A stretch of 62,236 bases of DNA, counting the filler, from Globobulimina sp. (taxonomy: Eukaryota): the NCBI GenBank assembly GCA_003354225.1. It is 12 parts of 12 records of this genome, joined end to end, with 100 filler letters (N's around TTAATTAATTAA, not from the genome) between each part and the next. Parts side by side here need not be neighbours in the genome. Positions count along the whole stretch, not along the records: positions 57,153 to 62,236 come from PIVH01000734.1; 11 more parts are not named here. The stretch is one strand, 5' to 3'. Position numbers and translations under genes: made by a program. A model generated the notes under the pieces. That model saw only the letters and a list, made by a program, of their open reading frames with translations. It ran no database searches and was not told the DNA's origin. Below, in pieces: positions 57,815 to 62,236 of this stretch (the first letter of the stretch is position 1; the number at the start of each line of letters is the position of its first letter).

Positions 57815-60278
57815 TCAACATCTACGATTACAATTGTCACAACAATGACGATTTGACCCAACCACATAATTTTGATCAAAATATTTTAACAACAACTGCC
57901 TTCTACATCGGTTTGTATTTATTAACTCCTTCATTCTTTTCTCATTTTCAACCACATTGTGTCTGTTTCTCTCGACCTCATTCCAATCAATTTTATTCTG
58001 CCATTCTTTTGTTAATAAAATAATGGCGCCCGATCTCACCAAACTTGTATAGCGAATCAATCCTTTTTTTGACAAACAAGCTAAAGATTTTGTTAATTGT
58101 GTCTTTGTTATCTGTAATTTCTGCGTCAATCTGAATGTAAATAGTTCAATCTCATTATTTCGATTTCTATTTCTATCCGATATCTCGTTCCATAATATCC
58201 AATGCATTGAATTCTGTCTCATATTCGCATTCCCGCCATTTAAAAATGTAACAGTTACCGGCAATAAGTCTGCCTTAATTTTCTTTAAAATGCCATATTT
58301 TGCAAACATTTTCACGCACTGTGCCACTGTCGCAGTGGTAACATTGTCATTAAATTGAAATCCAGTTTGCTTTAAAATATCCGTTGTACTCAATGTTTGC
58401 CGCTCATTTAATGTGAAATTGCCACAGATTATATTCGCAATCTTTTTAATGACAAAATCTTTTGGATTCCCAGTTTCAACCAACCAGTGGCTATATTTCG
58501 CAGATAACCAATCCGTGCCACCCGTAATGCTCACAGCCATACTACTTTTACCATTCCTTCCCGCTCTGCCAATCTGTTGATAATATTCCTCAATCGACGG
58601 CGGTGAGGTTTTATGGATAATTAAGCCAACATTTTCTTTATCAATGCCCATTCCAAAGGCATTTGTGGCAGTGATAATGTTAATACTTCCATTTATAAAC
58701 TCATTTTGAACCTTATTTCTATCGACATCACTCATACCGCCATTATAGGCGGCAACTTTATTATTTTTCATATTGTCTTGTAAATATTTTGCTGTTTTGG
58801 TGGTTGCATTTTTTGTGCCACAATATATGATCACTGGGTCGTTAATGGTGCCTCTTTCCTGTTGATATAATTTAACTTGTTTCAGTATTATATCTTCAAT
58901 GTCGTCACGTTTGCCATGCATTCGAATGCATTTTATAAAAATATTGGGACGATCAAAGGACGCAATATGCACTTTGCATTGATGCGTATTTAAATCGAGT
59001 TGTTTTAATATGTCTGATTGGACACGTTTGGTAGCGGTGGCTGTACAAACCATAGTAACCGGATCATACAAAGTATTTCGTATTCGATTTAATTTGGTGT
59101 AACTTGGACGGAATGAATGTCCCCATTCAGAGATACAGTGTGCTTCGTCAATGACAAACAATGTAATAATTCTATATTTTAATAATGATTCAATGATTTT
59201 ATTTGAATTTGCCGTAAATAATTCTGGCGCGCAATAAAGCATTTCGATTTCATTGTTTTTTAATCGATTTTCAATGGTGGTACGTTGTGATTTTCTGCAA
59301 TAAAAAGTTGCCATTCGCAGTTCGAGAGTTGTTAAAAAAAACTTAGTTGGGTTTGTTGTGGGAATGACAACTGTTTATTGTATACAATTACCTCAATGAA
59401 CTATTTATAAATTCAGCAGCAATGCCAATGGATTGTAGCTTATGAATCTGATCATTCATCAATGAGATTAACGGTGAGATAACAATGCCAATCCCTTTTT
59501 GTATTTGACCGTATTTTTGTTGTTTATTACATAAATCATTTAAAACTAAAATAGGAATTTGAAAACATAATGATTTGCCGCCTCCTGTGGGTAGTATTAA
59601 CATTGTATTTTGTCCTTTAATTAAATCTTGAATTACTGCATATTGTGATGCTCGGAATTTTTTATGACCAAACCTTTGTAATTGAGTTAATGCCAAATTC
59701 ATAATATTTTCATCAATGTCACATTCTGATTGTACAACGCTAACATTTTGCTTGTGTTCATGGATGGATTCATTATTTGCCCTCTTATTTGCACACACTT
59801 CGCAGTGAGTGTTATTTGCATTATTCCTAAATGTACAAACAAAACATGCCCATTCATTTGGATTTTGGTTGCGTGGAATAGTTGGTATTGTTGGTATTGT
59901 TGGCATTGAAGGTATTGGTGAATGTATTGAAGGTTTTGAATTATTGCATAGTTCACAATTTGGTCGGTTTTGATCATTTTTCAATGTGCACTGAGAACAG
60001 ATCCATTGGGAAACGTGCTTTGTTGTTGTTGATATCGGATTTGTTGTATTTGTTGTAAATATTGATTGAGATTTATGACATTGAGTGCATGAATTTTCAT
60101 ATTTTGGATTTATTATTTGGCATTGATCACATTTCCAAGATTGACAAGATTTGCATGAACGTAATGATTGATGATTACTAAAATCACAAAAAATACAAAT
60201 CCATGCAACACATGGTCTTTTTGACCGTGGTTCATAGGAATTGTTAACATTAAAATCACTCAATGCTCGCTTGGCCAT
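57815..60278 (-). CDS. RecQ-family helicase with four N-terminal RanBP2/NZF zinc fingers
   Basis: PTGGGKSLCFQ, DEAHCISEWGHSFRP, TATAT, AFGMGIDK, QQIGRAGRNG, CRR..YF..CCDNC; intron 59295-59391. Confidence 0.93.
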
Positions 60279-60429
60279 ATTGGTTATTATATATAGTCTG
60301 TTACCATCATGCTCTGAGGACTGTCGACTGAGGCTGAAGTGAAAAAAATTGGGTTAATGTCAGTCTACACACTATTTACATGTAAACAGTAGTTGACTTA
60401 TTTGTATGCGTTGCTGATTGCTTAACGTG

Positions 60430-61008
60430 TCATACATTGCTTGTATTCAAGAAAGAAAACAGCATTTTCATATAATTTGACAAGTGTGAGTGTTGGTAAT
60501 AAAATATGAAATGCCGAATTCCTCCGTATTTGAAAAATGTCATATTATTCTGCATGGATTTCAACTCATTGTCATCATCTGCAAAATTTAACAACCACAG
60601 TACTGCAATCTGATGACACTGAATGTATCTATACATATTTGAATCAGTCAATAAATCCTTAAATTCACGCACTTGTAATATTTTCATGTAAATCCCGTTA
60701 TTGTCATATCTCCAAAGCAAGTATTCCTGATACATATCATTCAATTGTTTTGATGCATTATCCGTGCAATCCACATAAATTTGCAATTCACCGTCCAATA
60801 TTTTAAATATATTCGATGATTGAAATAGAGGCGTACGATTTGAATAAGTTATCAATAAAACAAGTTTAAACTTTGCAGTTTGATCAATGTCTAAAGAATA
60901 CAAATCGCAGATACTATTATAATCTAATTCTGCTCTCAAATTATTAGTATTTACAGCATCGCCATCGGCGATAATAAATAAAGGGTTTGTTGATAATTCA
61001 TGAGCCAT
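60430..61008 (-). CDS. Hypothetical protein
   Basis: Host-like ORF from MAHELSTNP. Confidence 0.5.
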   Translation of the reverse strand: MAHELSTNPLFIIADGDAVNTNNLRAELDYNSICDLYSLDIDQTAKFKLVLLITYSNRTPLFQSSNIFKILDGELQIYVDCTDNASKQLNDMYQEYLLWRYDNNGIYMKILQVREFKDLLTDSNMYRYIQCHQIAVLWLLNFADDDNELKSMQNNMTFFKYGGIRHFIFYYQHSHLSNYMKMLFSFLNTSNV

Positions 61009-61054
61009 AGTAATTGACCTTGCATCACATGGATGGACTTTACACTGTCCTTGG

Positions 61055-62236
61055 TTCAGTGATGGTAGTGCCAGTGCCTCTGTTCTCCCAGGAGGAGAAG
61101 TTATTTCACACGTGCCCTTCACCGGGGAAATGGGTACTGAGGCGGAACGAGTTCTGCGTGAAAAACAGTTGGAATGTCGAACACATGAAACACTTAGTGT
61201 AGCACATCATGCACTTCTGCTTTCGAAGAGCACAGAACTCAGTGGTTTCAAGGTGTGTGTCCGTCCGATATCCGATTAATACTTTACTACTACAAAACAA
61301 AGTACTTAGTTATCTATCCACTTATTCAAGACGTCATCTTCACTCACTTCCTCCCCTCACCCTCATGCATCGTCGCAAGTCATACACTTCTGTTGGTGGT
61401 AAATTGGCCTCCTGTTCTTCAGTATCTGCTGGTCAAGTCAGCTTAATAGGGCATAGTTTTGGGGCGACAACCGTGTTTTCAGCTTCAACAAGTATTGAAA
61501 TGAATGAATGTGAATTGATTTCTTCATCTCAACTTGGAGTGTCTTTGATGATGGACTTATGGCCATTACCAGTGAGCAAACAGAAAATAAAGTTGGAACG
61601 CGGGTAAGTGATATATATATATATATATAGTCTTAATGAATGAATGGAGATGAGAGGATGAGATCATGGTTGTTAAATTGAACAACTGCATTGATGGTAG
61701 CTTGTCGTCATCATGGCAATCAATGTGTAACGACGTGCGTTGATTACACTTCCTCAGAATGAGCACACCATCTGTATTCATAACATGTGATTCGTTTCAG
61801 TACGAAAACCAGAAAAAAATCGAGACACTTATTGCTAAAGCTTCAAAGGTAGTGTGTGAATGTCGAGGCCTACCTCCACCTATGCGTTTTACACTTACTG
61901 AAGGTAAACAAGACATTTGTTTTTGTGCATGTGTCATTACAATTGGGTAGATATAAGCCATCACCTACGTGGAAGGAAGTTGACATGGAGTTTATTTGTT
62001 CTCAGGCCGACATATAAGTTACAGTGATGCCCCACTTTACTTTCCTTTCTGTACGCGCTTTCTTTTTAAAGAAAGGAACCCTATAGAGGTACAGAGGGGG
62101 GGGGTTACATTTCAGATTCAACACAAAACCACCTGAACAACCAATTTGAACCAATTTGCAACTAACGTACCCCCACCATTGTATAGACATTTAACACAAT
62201 ATGTGAATTTGCTCTAATGACCTTGGAAGGGAGGCT
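61055..62236 (+). CDS. PAF-acetylhydrolase-like alpha/beta hydrolase, partial, many short exons
   Basis: SDGSASA..REKQLECRTHE, LIGHSFGATT nucleophile motif, MMDLW and PSVFITCDSFQ in successive exons; exon boundaries not resolved. Confidence 0.65.

Overview
This window is not one locus. It is 12 unrelated contigs of about 5.1 kb (5105 down to 5084 bp, sorted by length), joined by 100-bp N/TTAATTAATTAA spacers at 5106-5205, 10311-10410, 15512-15611, 20713-20812, 25912-26011, 31109-31208, 36305-36404, 41494-41593, 46682-46781, 51869-51968 and 57053-57152. Most DNA comes from an AT-rich, gene-dense eukaryote with short GT-AG introns (mostly 53-97 bp). The style resembles a foraminiferan/rhizarian protist, which is inference only. 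Recognisable genes: M1 aminopeptidase, CobW/ZNG1 GTPase, C-type lectin, histidine acid phosphatase, class C-like 7TM receptor, MATE, PPR-like protein, GH18 chitinase, CIA30/NDUFAF1, OFA-type MFS transporter, dynactin p62, CAP protein, PTPMT1-like phosphatase and RecQ. Mobile DNA: a Gypsy integrase remnant with PPT and a 111-bp LTR, a 1.6-kb foldback element with perfect 28-bp TIRs, and a tyrosine-recombinase element. One bacterial-looking segment is fused to a eukaryotic contig. The most unusual region is contig 2 (5206-10310). It holds 11 GGCGGC-GAA-GCCGCC mini-hairpins, two minimal tRNA-like cloverleaves with identical stems but different loops, an 11-bp-period inverted repeat, and a large spliced orphan zinc-finger gene. 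A candidate TPP1/Est3 telomere protein and an NZF-RecQ fusion are also notable. All calls were made by eye; no searches were run.
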